Shown one piece after another: positions 1-10,471 of a stretch of 64,000 bases of DNA. How positions within the stretch are numbered: position 1 is the first letter of the stretch; each line of letters starts with the position of its first letter. A program made the translations under genes and the position numbers. This stretch comes from Amoebidium appalachense (Eukaryota; Protista; Ichthyosporea). The DNA is taken from positions 1,272,562-1,336,561 of the forward strand of contig CAVNZM010000001.1 in assembly GCA_963693365.1 (NCBI GenBank). Reading direction: 5' to 3'. Below the pieces are notes generated by a model, which made no database searches, was not told where the DNA came from, and saw only the letters and a list, made by a program, of their open reading frames with translations.

Positions 1-1022
1 GTTTAACTGGGTTTTAAACCAGTGAAAGATAGAGGAGAGTGATGGTACAGGTCAAACCTTATATATAAACCCTAAGTGGGCATACCCACAAAGGCAATAC
101 ATATGAAATAATGATGGTGGTAAAGTAAGTAGTAATCATTCCACTAACTGGTACTAACTGGGTCGGGGGCAGGGGATTCGGAAACGCGGGCAGGCAGCAC
201 GGTAGGCTGGCTAGAAACGTGGATGGGAACGGCCGGACCTGGCAGCACATGTCTTGCTGGCCGGGGTCGGGTGGTAATGGGGGGGAAACAGCTGCAGGGG
301 TAGCTGTTGCCCGTGCAGAGCTGGTGGGAGCTGGGATCTCGACGAGGTTGGCCACGTGATGGGGGGAAACTGCTGCCGGAATGCAGGGCAGAGCAATGGA
401 ATGTGAGGGGGCCATTGACAGTGACGGCACGGTAAGGGGAGACATGGCCGAAAACAGGGTTGGAAATCCTGGAAGGAAGCAGGTTGGACACGGTAAACGG
501 TTCTGGAGGGACTCAGGGTCGGGACTCCTAGGGAGGAGGGAAGCACAAAGGGCTTGGACGGGGTGGAACACGGTAGACTGGAAAGAAGTACCGAATTTGG
601 ATACTTCAGATGGACTTGATGGATGAAGGTCAAGTCGGATCGAGACGGGGTGTCAAATTATCGTCGATTGGAACGCAGACGGGGTGTGAAATTATATTCG
701 AATGCGGGTCGACGGGGTTCGAAATCGGATGGAATGGGATTTCGATGCAGGATCCTCAGGCCTGGGTAGACAGGGCGGCGCGGTTGAGACCACGTCGGTG
801 AAGTGTCAAGGAACTTGGAGCGCGATTGCAGAACCAAGGGTGGAGGACGGTTTGGCGTGACGGAGAGAAACCAGGACGGAGCTGGAAGGAGTGCAAGCTG
901 GAATTTGAACTTGCGAGGATGTCACGGGTGTCAAGGCGTGACAAAAGCTCTTGTCAAGATGAGTCAGATCTTGTCAAGAGGAGTCACGTGGGACCGGTTA
1001 CGGACGGACGCCGGGGATGGAT

Positions 1023-1087
1023 ACATCGATTCAGTCGCACACATCGATTCAGTCGCACACATCGATTCAGTCGCACACATCGATTCA
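1023..1087 (+). repeat. Tandem 18-mer ACATCGATTCAGTCGCAC (3 copies plus a partial) at the LINE 5' end
   Basis: Directly visible; starts at the first base after the left TSD. Confidence 0.9.
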
Positions 1088-1192
1088 AATGTCGCTCTTT
1101 ATTATCTGCTAATAAATAGTATCCTTCGCGCATCCACCCCTAAACCAGGCCATCCGTGGCCCTAAGGGCCGGGGAACACCCCCATCCATGTC

Positions 1193-2377
1193 ATGGCACA
1201 TGCCTATAATCGTTTCAGAACCTCTTTCAAAGTTCCATCTACACCCATCACACATGTGCGACCATTAAAACGTCCAGCAGATACACCTACCACAGATGCA
1301 CAACCAGAAAAACATCGCCTTAGACTAAGCGCAACACCTATTTACAATACACTACCCATTCAGAATAACACCACACCACTCCGTAGAAACACAATAACAA
1401 CCATGCCGAAACTTTCGGTTGATACAGTACTGGCAGAACTTGCCCTCGTTAAGAAACAGCTAAATGAGCTGTTACCACTCAAGAACATGATAGAAAAACT
1501 CCAAACAGAAAATACCCAACTCAAGCTCACCATTGATTCACTCACAGCCCAACTAAACATTAGTGGATCGCAAAACCCCAAAACTCATGAGCAAACATCT
1601 CGCGACGGAGACATTTCCACCCCAACACAAAACAACACAGGACCGGAAGCACAGCTCCCGGCAGAGTTCCTAGAATATGCAAACTCTCGTAAAACACCCG
1701 AGCTCCGCCAAATTGCCAAGGAAACATATGCCAGCATTCTTGCAGGCAACGAGTACCGCCGCAACTCCCCTCCCAAACCGCCGGCTAAGGGGAACACCCA
1801 AGCAAACGGTAACATCAACATCCCACCCAAATACGAGAGGGTGTATTTCAAAGTCAAGCACGGCAGACGCCCACACAGGGCCATGTGGTCCATCTTCAAG
1901 GCTCTCGGCTTCCGGTGCTCTCGCATCCTTTGTCTGTCCTTCATTGGATACGATGTGCTGGAAGTAGCAGTACGGGGCGACTATAACCGTGCGTTCATCC
2001 GTGACGCGACAAAGGGGTGTGGAAGCTTCTTCACCCACCTCCCAAGCTACGACCCATGCGCGCCGGAAAACATTCAGAAAGCAGACAAAGAACGTAAAGT
2101 GTCTGCTAAGAATGCGTGCGCCACACGTTGTCGTGTACGCATCAGCAAGGCAAAAGAGTTCCTCGCAAAGTTGGAAAACGATGCTACGAGCGTGATAGAC
2201 ACGGACACGAAGGAACCAATGTTTTCTGGTGAGAAACTGCTCGAGCGCAAACGCCGATGCGAGATGGAAATCGAGCTCTTCTGCGAACTGTTCGCGCTGG
2301 CGGAAGGTCGTGCATACGACCCCGTAAGCGACAAGTGGGAACCAACCCCACAGGTGTCGGACCAAACCGATGCCTAA
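1193..2377 (+). CDS. LINE ORF1 protein, 394 aa (coiled coil plus a probable alpha/beta RNA-binding domain)
   Basis: Position upstream of ORF2; heptad pattern LAELALVKKQL..IEKLQTENTQLKLTIDSL; no CCHC knuckle seen. Confidence 0.8.
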   Translation: MAHAYNRFRTSFKVPSTPITHVRPLKRPADTPTTDAQPEKHRLRLSATPIYNTLPIQNNTTPLRRNTITTMPKLSVDTVLAELALVKKQLNELLPLKNMIEKLQTENTQLKLTIDSLTAQLNISGSQNPKTHEQTSRDGDISTPTQNNTGPEAQLPAEFLEYANSRKTPELRQIAKETYASILAGNEYRRNSPPKPPAKGNTQANGNINIPPKYERVYFKVKHGRRPHRAMWSIFKALGFRCSRILCLSFIGYDVLEVAVRGDYNRAFIRDATKGCGSFFTHLPSYDPCAPENIQKADKERKVSAKNACATRCRVRISKAKEFLAKLENDATSVIDTDTKEPMFSGEKLLERKRRCEMEIELFCELFALAEGRAYDPVSDKWEPTPQVSDQTDA

Positions 2378-5300
2378 TTTATCCTTCTTCTTCTGGAATG
2401 CTCGGACACTGGGCCCCCAAAAGGGCCTCCCCCCCGGGACACTCGACGATAAAATCAGCTACATACAACAACAGACAAACAACCACGCGTTTACAGTGAT
2501 TTGCGAAACACAGTTTAAAAACCACCACAAATTCAACTCTACATTGGTCGACACATCCACACACCCCGGTTACGCGAAAAACCGAGGCATTATTGTACTT
2601 GCCGCACCACACGTGAGAGTGAAGTGCAAACCGGTAGCAAAAACGGAATTCTCGGTTTCTATAGAGTTTCTTTCTAATGTTTTTACTTTTGTATATTACC
2701 CACCATCATCTATGTCGGTTGTCGAATTGACTCACGAGTTGTCACAGTTACCAATGTCCACTGTTATTTTAGGTGATTTTAACACGCGACTCCACCACAC
2801 AGACACACTGCAAGTGAGTGTCGGGTACCCATCTAAGCCCCCGGAGCGTGCTATCCCTTTAGCAAGGTATGTCCAAAGTCACACTTTGCGGTTCCCTCAA
2901 ATATCCCATGCCCACAACACCGACTGGGGAGTGGCCTTTTGGCCATCAACCATGTCAAAACTCTCTCTCCCTCCTAACCTCTCTAGGTCATCTGACCACT
3001 CTCCTATCCTTTTCCTACCTAAGATCTCCCTTGATCTGCTCCCCCCTCCCCCTCCCACCTTTCGCCTCCGTCTATCCCAGCTTAAGTCACAGTGGGGTAG
3101 AGTTGATGTATGTGTATGCTATGCTACGAAACACCCTATATATATGCGCCTATTAGAATCTGCACAAGCCAGGCCAGATTCACATCTCGTACTAGATACA
3201 TGCACTAACTTTATTGTTGATGATTTGATAGATCTCGGTGATTATGCTGGCGGTGGTAGGAAGGAATATCCCGATGCTCTCTTGTTACCAAACACCACTC
3301 CCGCTAGACTAGGTGAACCCCTGTCTCAAAAGGAAAGCTTGCGCCGGCTTGCTAGTATGAATCGATTTGGCCCCCCTGCTCGTATTATTGGTGATACCAC
3401 TGGAGACCCCCTCATAGACTCTGATAAGTATTTCTCGGAACTGTTTAAAGATAGGACCCCCGCTCAGAAACCTATTGTGTGGCCTGTAGACCCATCTATC
3501 CCCATAGAATCGATCCTCCCCTTTTTCAGTCCCGATGCCATATGGTCTGTGATATCTAGTTATAGCTCTAGTAAGTCTTGTGGACCTGATGGACTCCCTG
3601 CTGGGTTTCTTAAAATCCTTGTTCCCTCCTACCCACAAAAGGAAAGTGATCGTGCTATTAAACCTGATCTTACTATCATGTTAAGCTCTCTCTTTTCTTG
3701 GTGTGTTAAATGTGGACATGTCCCGTCATCTTGGTTAGATACCTTAGTGATCCCCATAGTTAAGAAGGACTCTGAGGGCCCCATATCATCCTTTCGCCCC
3801 ATTACACTAACCCAGGTTGTTCGTAGATTCTTTGAAGCTTGCTTACTTAGGTTATTTGCACATCACCCTAGGTTTCAATCTATTCTTCACATACACCCAT
3901 GCCAATCCGCTTTTCGTAAAAACAATTCATGTTATGTTCAAATAATGGCACTGCACGATTCTATGCAAGTTGGTGCACAATATGTTGGCTTTATTGATTG
4001 GAAAACTGCTTACGATTCTGTCTCCCCTGGTCTCCTATGGGAAAAGCTTGCTGCACGGGGTGTACCACACTGCATTGGTGTTCTGTTAGAAGCACTCTTG
4101 TCTCAAACCTATGGTAGAGCTGTGGTTAATGGGCATCTTTCATATGGTTTTGCTCGTACTAGAGGTCTCTTGCAGGGTTCATTGCTTAGCCCCTTTTTGT
4201 TTAACCTATTTATAGATGATTTGGCTGTCAAGATTTACGCCGAAAACGATGACCCTATTAATAACTTTCCGCCTGCACTTCTCTATGCTGATGATCTGTC
4301 CCTCCTTGCCCGTACCCCTAGACGCCTGCAAAGATTGTTCGATGTAGTGTCAGAGTGGTGCAAGGCAAACCTTATGATCCTTAACATAGACAAATGTGGT
4401 GTTCTTGTACCTGATATAGCTAACAATTTACACACATTTACATTATCATCTAAACCTGTACCTATAGTTCCAGAATACAAATATCTTGGTGTTCCGGTTG
4501 ATTCTGTTGGTGTTATGTTTCCCCATATGGTCGAAAAGAGGGTAGAGTTGGCTCGTAAGCGGTTAGCTTTCTTCTCGGCTAATATTTTTAAAGACACACC
4601 CCTCCATCCTTCTATTAGACTTACATTTATTCGCACTTTTGTCTTCCCGGCATGTGAATATGGTTTACCCCTTCTCGCCGCTTGGATCAAGAAAGAGAGA
4701 ACTAGAGCGCTTAAACCCTTGGCAAATTTCCTTGAAGCAGAAGTTGCCTCCTTTCTATCTAACAACTGTTGTAAACCTGGGCCTGTAACGCTCTCGATAT
4801 ATGGTATGGTCCCAATAGCTGCTAGAGTATCCTATCTCGCGCTGAAATTCAATAAGCACATAAGCCGCTTAAAGAAGTATTTGCCCTCCCACCCTCTCTT
4901 CTCTATCCGACCTGTCCCCTCCTCACCTCTCCCCTCTTTCCTCCCCTCTCTCTCCCCTTCTCCCCTGGGCACAAATACAAATAAACCCCGCAATAGTGTG
5001 TGTGTGACTTTGGACTGCCACTTACTTATTAAACATGTACACAATCACAAGATAATCACGCAATATAACAAATGGAAAAAGATACCACACAACACTAGAC
5101 CCGATGAAAGCATACACCTTGAAAAACTAAGCCTTATGTCTCGTTTTATATATACTGACCGCCTCAACCATATTGCCAAATATGGCACTCGCAAGTGTAT
5201 AACACCTAAATACATATTACCTTCCTGTAGAACTGGTCTTTCTCTAGCTGATGGTATTATTGATCAATTACCACGCTTTTACTGTACACGTGCTATACAG

Positions 5301-5567
5301 TGGAGATCTAATAAGTATAAGGTGGCATCATTTGCATGCCCAAACAACACACACACACACCAGTTTAACCGGTCATGTATCGCCAAATGTAGTTTGATAG
5401 ACCACATAATACCGCAACACACACACGTCACATTCACAACAGACACCCAGAAAGATAGCCTACCTGTAAATTACAACATCCTTGATTTTATACTAAACAC
5501 GCGTAACTACGACCTGTTTATTAGATGTATTGATTGGCTTGAGAAACACATCACTACAAAATTATAG
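2370..5567 (+). CDS. LINE ORF2, AP-like endonuclease plus reverse transcriptase, 1065 aa
   Basis: APE motifs WNART, ICETQ, YYPP, ILGDFN, SDHSPI; RT motifs KSCGPDG, FRPITL, QSAFR, DWKTAYDSV, QGSLLSPFLF, YADD, YKYLG. Confidence 0.96.
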   Translation: MPNLSFFFWNARTLGPQKGLPPGTLDDKISYIQQQTNNHAFTVICETQFKNHHKFNSTLVDTSTHPGYAKNRGIIVLAAPHVRVKCKPVAKTEFSVSIEFLSNVFTFVYYPPSSMSVVELTHELSQLPMSTVILGDFNTRLHHTDTLQVSVGYPSKPPERAIPLARYVQSHTLRFPQISHAHNTDWGVAFWPSTMSKLSLPPNLSRSSDHSPILFLPKISLDLLPPPPPTFRLRLSQLKSQWGRVDVCVCYATKHPIYMRLLESAQARPDSHLVLDTCTNFIVDDLIDLGDYAGGGRKEYPDALLLPNTTPARLGEPLSQKESLRRLASMNRFGPPARIIGDTTGDPLIDSDKYFSELFKDRTPAQKPIVWPVDPSIPIESILPFFSPDAIWSVISSYSSSKSCGPDGLPAGFLKILVPSYPQKESDRAIKPDLTIMLSSLFSWCVKCGHVPSSWLDTLVIPIVKKDSEGPISSFRPITLTQVVRRFFEACLLRLFAHHPRFQSILHIHPCQSAFRKNNSCYVQIMALHDSMQVGAQYVGFIDWKTAYDSVSPGLLWEKLAARGVPHCIGVLLEALLSQTYGRAVVNGHLSYGFARTRGLLQGSLLSPFLFNLFIDDLAVKIYAENDDPINNFPPALLYADDLSLLARTPRRLQRLFDVVSEWCKANLMILNIDKCGVLVPDIANNLHTFTLSSKPVPIVPEYKYLGVPVDSVGVMFPHMVEKRVELARKRLAFFSANIFKDTPLHPSIRLTFIRTFVFPACEYGLPLLAAWIKKERTRALKPLANFLEAEVASFLSNNCCKPGPVTLSIYGMVPIAARVSYLALKFNKHISRLKKYLPSHPLFSIRPVPSSPLPSFLPSLSPSPLGTNTNKPRNSVCVTLDCHLLIKHVHNHKIITQYNKWKKIPHNTRPDESIHLEKLSLMSRFIYTDRLNHIAKYGTRKCITPKYILPSCRTGLSLADGIIDQLPRFYCTRAIQWRSNKYKVASFACPNNTHTHQFNRSCIAKCSLIDHIIPQHTHVTFTTDTQKDSLPVNYNILDFILNTRNYDLFIRCIDWLEKHITTKL

Positions 5568-5587
5568 CGCACGCGCACACACACACA

Positions 5588-5642
<55 letters not shown>

Positions 5643-5674
5643 CCAGCTGATACCGAGTGTCCCGAGGGGAGCCC

Positions 5675-5717
<43 letters not shown>

Positions 5718-6053
5718 GGGGAACCCCAACTAATTGATTTCTCCTTGTAGTCTTTATGGTGTCTCGTAGAGAAAGTAAACCCTGATATATAGTCACCACC
5801 CGACATCTATGTACGTGATCATGATATACCGCTGAGGGGATATTCCGAGCAAACCCCCCCCCCCCCATACCTGAGACTGGTTCTCTTTGCCTCGAGTAAA
5901 CAGCGTAAACCCCGGATGGATGTACACAGCCTCAGCACCAAGATGCATGAGGAGCTGACCACAGCTATGATGTGTACCAGGAATTTAACGATCGCTAGGT
6001 CTAGGTGTGTGTAGGGAGCGTGCATCTGGGCCCATAAGCGCAGTGGAAGCGTG

Positions 6054-6067
6054 CTGGGCCCATAACC
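6054..6067 (-). promoter_or_regulatory. Copia-type primer-binding site GGTTATGGGCCCAG
   Basis: Directly abuts the LTR ..AACA end; matches the PBS known from Drosophila copia (internal tRNAiMet priming); partial second copy at about 6026-6037. Confidence 0.8.
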
Positions 6068-6999
6068 TGTTAAATTAAATAAGTATTTGGGATGTAAGCA
6101 GAGACACAGTGGTGCAGTGTGAAAACACCACAGACACACACAACAACATAACACGGAACGATCGGAGCAGTGTACACAACAGACATCAATGTTTAGACAC
6201 GACTGAACTCAATTTATTTTGATCGCTAATAAATACCTGAAATTCCCTTAAGTTAAATCCATACATGATTTCCGACCAGTCGGAAATCAGATCTATGTCT
6301 AAAATAACCACACAATTAACTGATTATTTCCCGGATAGATCCGGAGGCACAGGAACGCACACCATAGGTCACAGCTATAAGAAAGAAAAGAGGTGAAGAG
6401 TAACGAGGAAAGAGGTGATGTTTCTAACCTATCATCGGCTACAAAGACTCAGACATTTTCTGACTAAGTCCACTGATTGGATATAGTACGGCAACACACA
6501 AAACAAAAGTGTTTGACTAAGCTATGAATCATACCTGACAAGCTAAAGTGTAGCCTAAGTGTTTTTCTACCAATCAAAACATAACGAGTAATATAAATCT
6601 ACTCAACGTATATTAGTGAGAGAGAAATATAATTATGTGAAAGGAAACAAGAGAAGAAAGAAAGAGAAAAGAAAGAAGAAGAAAGAGGAAAAAGAAAAGA
6701 AAGCAGGACAGAAAACACGAACAGCAAAACACAGTTATAACCGAAGATATTCATGTACACATAACATGTACACGTTTCTCCCTTACTGGGTAGACTCGTG
6801 TACCTATAATCAGTTGCTGTAATCGATATCTAAACACACGAATATAGCCGACACAACACGATTACAAGTACTCAAATACACTGGAGATCGATCTCATAAT
6901 TTACGTACAAGGAGCACATCTCTTTCACTAAGTGAATGAATGAAAACATAACACGAACTGAGAAGATCTTACAATATGTAAATACCACGTATTATAACA
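6068..6999 (-). repeat. LTR family A (5' LTR, 932 bp)
   Basis: TGTTA..TAACA termini; near-identical to 15730-16664. Confidence 0.9.
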
Positions 7000-7029
7000 C
7001 AAGCTGCTGCCGAATACATCAAGGGTGAT

Positions 7030-10000
7030 TTGAACGATGCCTCCACTCCGTCATTCCTCTTCGACCGACTCACCGGCCGTCATCTCGTCAACCTCCGTCT
7101 ACACAACGGTCTGTATTACTTCAAGGACTACACCATTCAACCACCCACTCGTCCTGTGGCTCTGGCTGCCACTACCAGTGTTAACCCATCCATCTGGCAC
7201 CATCGTCTGGGGCACCGTGCTATGACCAGCATCAAGGACATGGTGAAACACGACCTTGTTATTGGTCTCCCCTCCTCTGTCCTCGACTGTGATGTTCCTG
7301 AATGTCATGGCTGCATTATGGGTAAAACACCAAGGCTCCGTTCAAAGGTGACCGTCCTCACTCCAACATCCCCGGTCATGAATGGCATTGGGATTTTTTT
7401 GAGCCTACCACAACATCGTACGGAGGTTCCAAGGTTGCTCTCGTCACTGTCTGCCGTGCCTCTGGACTCGTCAAGATCTACCCGATGGCCGATCGTACCA
7501 CCACCCTGGACATTCTCACAGCTCACACCAACCTCGTTGCCACCCATGCCCCCTCCAAAGTTGGTGTCTACCACTTCGACTCCGGCTCTGAGTTCACCTC
7601 CAAGGCTACCCGTGCTTTTTGCCTCTCCCAGGGCATCAAGGCCAGCTATGGTCCGGTGGACTGCCCTCAACTGAACGGCTATGTTGAACGTCGTATGAGG
7701 TTCCTCCAAGAGATTGTCCGTTGCCTCCTCCATCAAGTCCAAGATCAGTCTCTGTCCCCCAAACTGTGGGCTGAGGCTCTCCAACATGCCGCCTACATCA
7801 TCAACGTCACCCCGTCCACGACTGCCAATGGTCGTACACCATTCGAAATTTTCTACGGTGTCAAGCCCGACATCTCCGAGCTCAAAGTGTTCGGTTGCCC
7901 TGCCTACACTCACGTGCCAGCCTCTAAACGGACCAAGCTGGCCCCCACCGTCAAACTCGGCATGTATATCGGCTATGATCTTCAATCACACTGCCACCGG
8001 ATCTTCAATCCCACCACCCATCGTGTCGGCCTCTTCCGTGATGTGATTTTCGACGAATCAGCTTATCTCCCGTCCGACATTCCATCAACACTTCCGACCC
8101 CCGACACCACTGCTACCTCGACCACCCCACCCCCCACAGTTGACATTGAAGATGATGTTTGTCTGGTGTACTCTGGCCCCCCTCCTGCCATCGTCGTTCC
8201 CCCGACACCCCCCCCCCCACCGGCCCCCCCTGCCCCCGTGCCCGTCCAGCCTGCCGACCCTCATCCTGCCCCTGGCAACGTCACACCCATCCGACCCGGC
8301 TCCCCCGACAACTTCCACTCGGCCCCGTCCAGCCCGGAGGTTGCCCCCCCTGCAATTCTGAACTTCCAAGTTCCCCCCCCCCCGTCTCCACCTCCCCCGG
8401 TTCCTGCACCCCGTCGTTCTGCCCGTCTACAGGGCAAGGTTGGATTTCAAGCCACCACCACCCTCCCAGTCCCCCCCGGTCCCCCCATCAACATCGACCA
8501 ACTACCCAAACTTGTCCGTCAACTGTGTTCCGGACCCAATGGTGACCAGGTCAAGTCAGCCCTCACTGCTGAGTATCAAGCCTTCGTCGACAAAGACATC
8601 TTTGAACTTGTTGACCCTCCCCCTGGTGCTAACATCGTCGGCTTCAAGTGGATTGTCTCCGAGAAAACTCTCAACTCGGCTGGTGACACCAAGATCAAGG
8701 CACGTGGTGTTGCTCAAGGCTTCAGTCAGCAATACGGTGTTGACTATGAGTTGATTGAGAGCCCTGTCATCCGTCCGGCTGCTCTCCGTGCTATCCTAGC
8801 TCTGGCCGTTGTTGAAGGTCATGACATCCATCAACTCGACGTGTCTACGGCCTTTCTCAACAGCCCCCTCACCGAGACCATCTACATGAAACAACCCCCG
8901 GGATTCATCACCATGGCCACACTTGGCAAGGTCTGGAGCCTCAAGAAAGCCCTGTACGGCCTCAAGCAAGCCTCCAAGGCTTGGTACGACTTCCTCGACG
9001 GCATTCTTCTTGCCCATGGCCTGACCCGTACTAAGACCGATCCGTGCATCTACCTCCGGTTCTTCCCCAACAACGATGTGGTTCGGGCTGGTAACTACGT
9101 CGACGACTCCACCATCACCAACACCCGGGGTTCTACTGGTGCCAGTGACATGGCTGCCCACATCAGCAAGATCGCCAGCTGTCGTATGAGTCCATTTGAC
9201 CGTATGCTCGGTGTTGATTTTAATCACTCTGATCCCCATCACCTCCACATGCACCAGAGGTCTTACATCATGGATTTCATCCACGACTTCAACCTCACCG
9301 ATGCCAAGTCCAAGTCTACCCCCATCCCTGCAGGCACCACCGTCTCCCTGGCTGACTGCCCCCCCCAACCGTTCACCGTGCCCTACCGTGAGTTACTCGG
9401 CCGTCTCCTCTGGGTGGCACGGTGCACCCGTCCCGACATTGCCTATGCCATCGGCTTCCTCGGTCGGTTCAGCACCAACCCCGGCAAGACTCACTGGGAC
9501 CTTCTCCGTCGTGTGGCCCGGTACCTGCTCGGCACCATTGACCTTGGCATTGACTACAAGTACTCGGCCACCCAGTCCCCCATACTCGAATGCTACACGG
9601 ATGCTGACTTTGCTGGTTGTGCCGACAGCAAGAAGTCTACCACCGGCTACATTATCGAGTTTGCTGGTATGCCCATCATCTGGTACTCCAAGCTCCAGCC
9701 CATCACGGCCACCAGCACCACTGAAGCTGAGCTGATTGCTCTCAATGCTGGCACCCAAGAAGTTGCTTGGGTCCGTGACCTCTTCAAGGAAGTCGGCTGT
9801 CCCATGCTTGCTCCGACTCCGGTGTACTGTGACAACCAGTCGACCATTGCCATCGTCAACTCCACCGGCATCAAGCACCGTACCAAACACATTGCCGTCC
9901 GGTATCACAACACCAAGGACTACATTGCAAGTGGGGACGTGGTTGTCCACTACGTTGCGTCAGCCCACAACTTAGCTGACATCCTCACCAAACCCCTCCC

Positions 10001-10058
10001 CGGCCCGAGTCATGTCCACCATCGTGCTCGACTTTGTTTGCCGGATATTGTGGATTGA
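7030..10058 (+). pseudogene. Copia pol (gag-pre-integrase, integrase, RT, RNase H); one frameshift near 7330, 5' end cut by a nested insertion
   Basis: WHHRLGH..CHGC, FDSGSEF, NGYVER, KARGVAQGF, QLDVSTAFL, KALYGLKQ, YVDD, DADFAG, TEAEL, ADILTK; 857-aa stretch 7485-10058 is open. Confidence 0.93.
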
Positions 10059-10471
10059 CCCGTCCTACCTCAAGAGTGATTTTCTAATGTTTACTGCTTA
10101 CTTTATCATAATCATCATTTCATATGTATCTTGCCTTTGTGGGTATGCCCACTTAGGGTTTATATATAAGGTTTGACCTGTACCATGACTCTACTCTATC
10201 TTTCACTGGTTTAAAACCCAGTTAATCAAAACCCGACTATACACGTTATACATATTCGTTGTTTTTGCCCCGGTTTCTTCCCCCCCCCCCCCCCCCCCCC
10301 CTTCCCCCCCCCCCCTTCCCCCCCCCCCCCCCCCTTCTCCCCCCCCCCCCCCCCCCCCCCGGGAACAGTACAAACTTTAATTTTTTTTTTTTCGTTTCTG
10401 TTCTCAAGTGGGGAGATTTCACTAGTTCAGTGGGGATATGATAACACAAACTTCAAAGTCTTAAGTGGGGA

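Larger units (their letters stand above)
1023..5913 (+). mobile_element. Full-length non-LTR retrotransposon (LINE; ORF1 plus APE-RT ORF2)
   Basis: Two long open ORFs; flanked by 8-bp duplication GGATGGAT (1015-1022 and 5914-5921); 3' part near-identical to 43776-45310. Confidence 0.93.
1..6999 (-). mobile_element. Non-autonomous Copia-type LTR element (LTR family A); 3' LTR lies left of the window; interrupted by the LINE
   Basis: Minus strand: TG..CA LTR (6999-6068), PBS GGTTATGGGCCCAG, leader shared with the gag-bearing element at 21540-21631, about 1 kb with no recognisable gag/pol motifs, then (1-143) the same ~140-bp motif that follows pol at 10085-10225 and 31517-31660. Confidence 0.7.

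Noticed and set aside
5679-5716. Poly(A) as the LINE terminus
   Set aside because: The following 197 nt are shared by both copies and the TSDs lie beyond them
5775-5913. TAAACCC as telomeric repeat in the LINE 3' module
   Set aside because: Only isolated single copies, not tandem
7305-9950. Long antisense ORFs over Copia pol
   Set aside because: Shadow frames of GC-rich coding sequence
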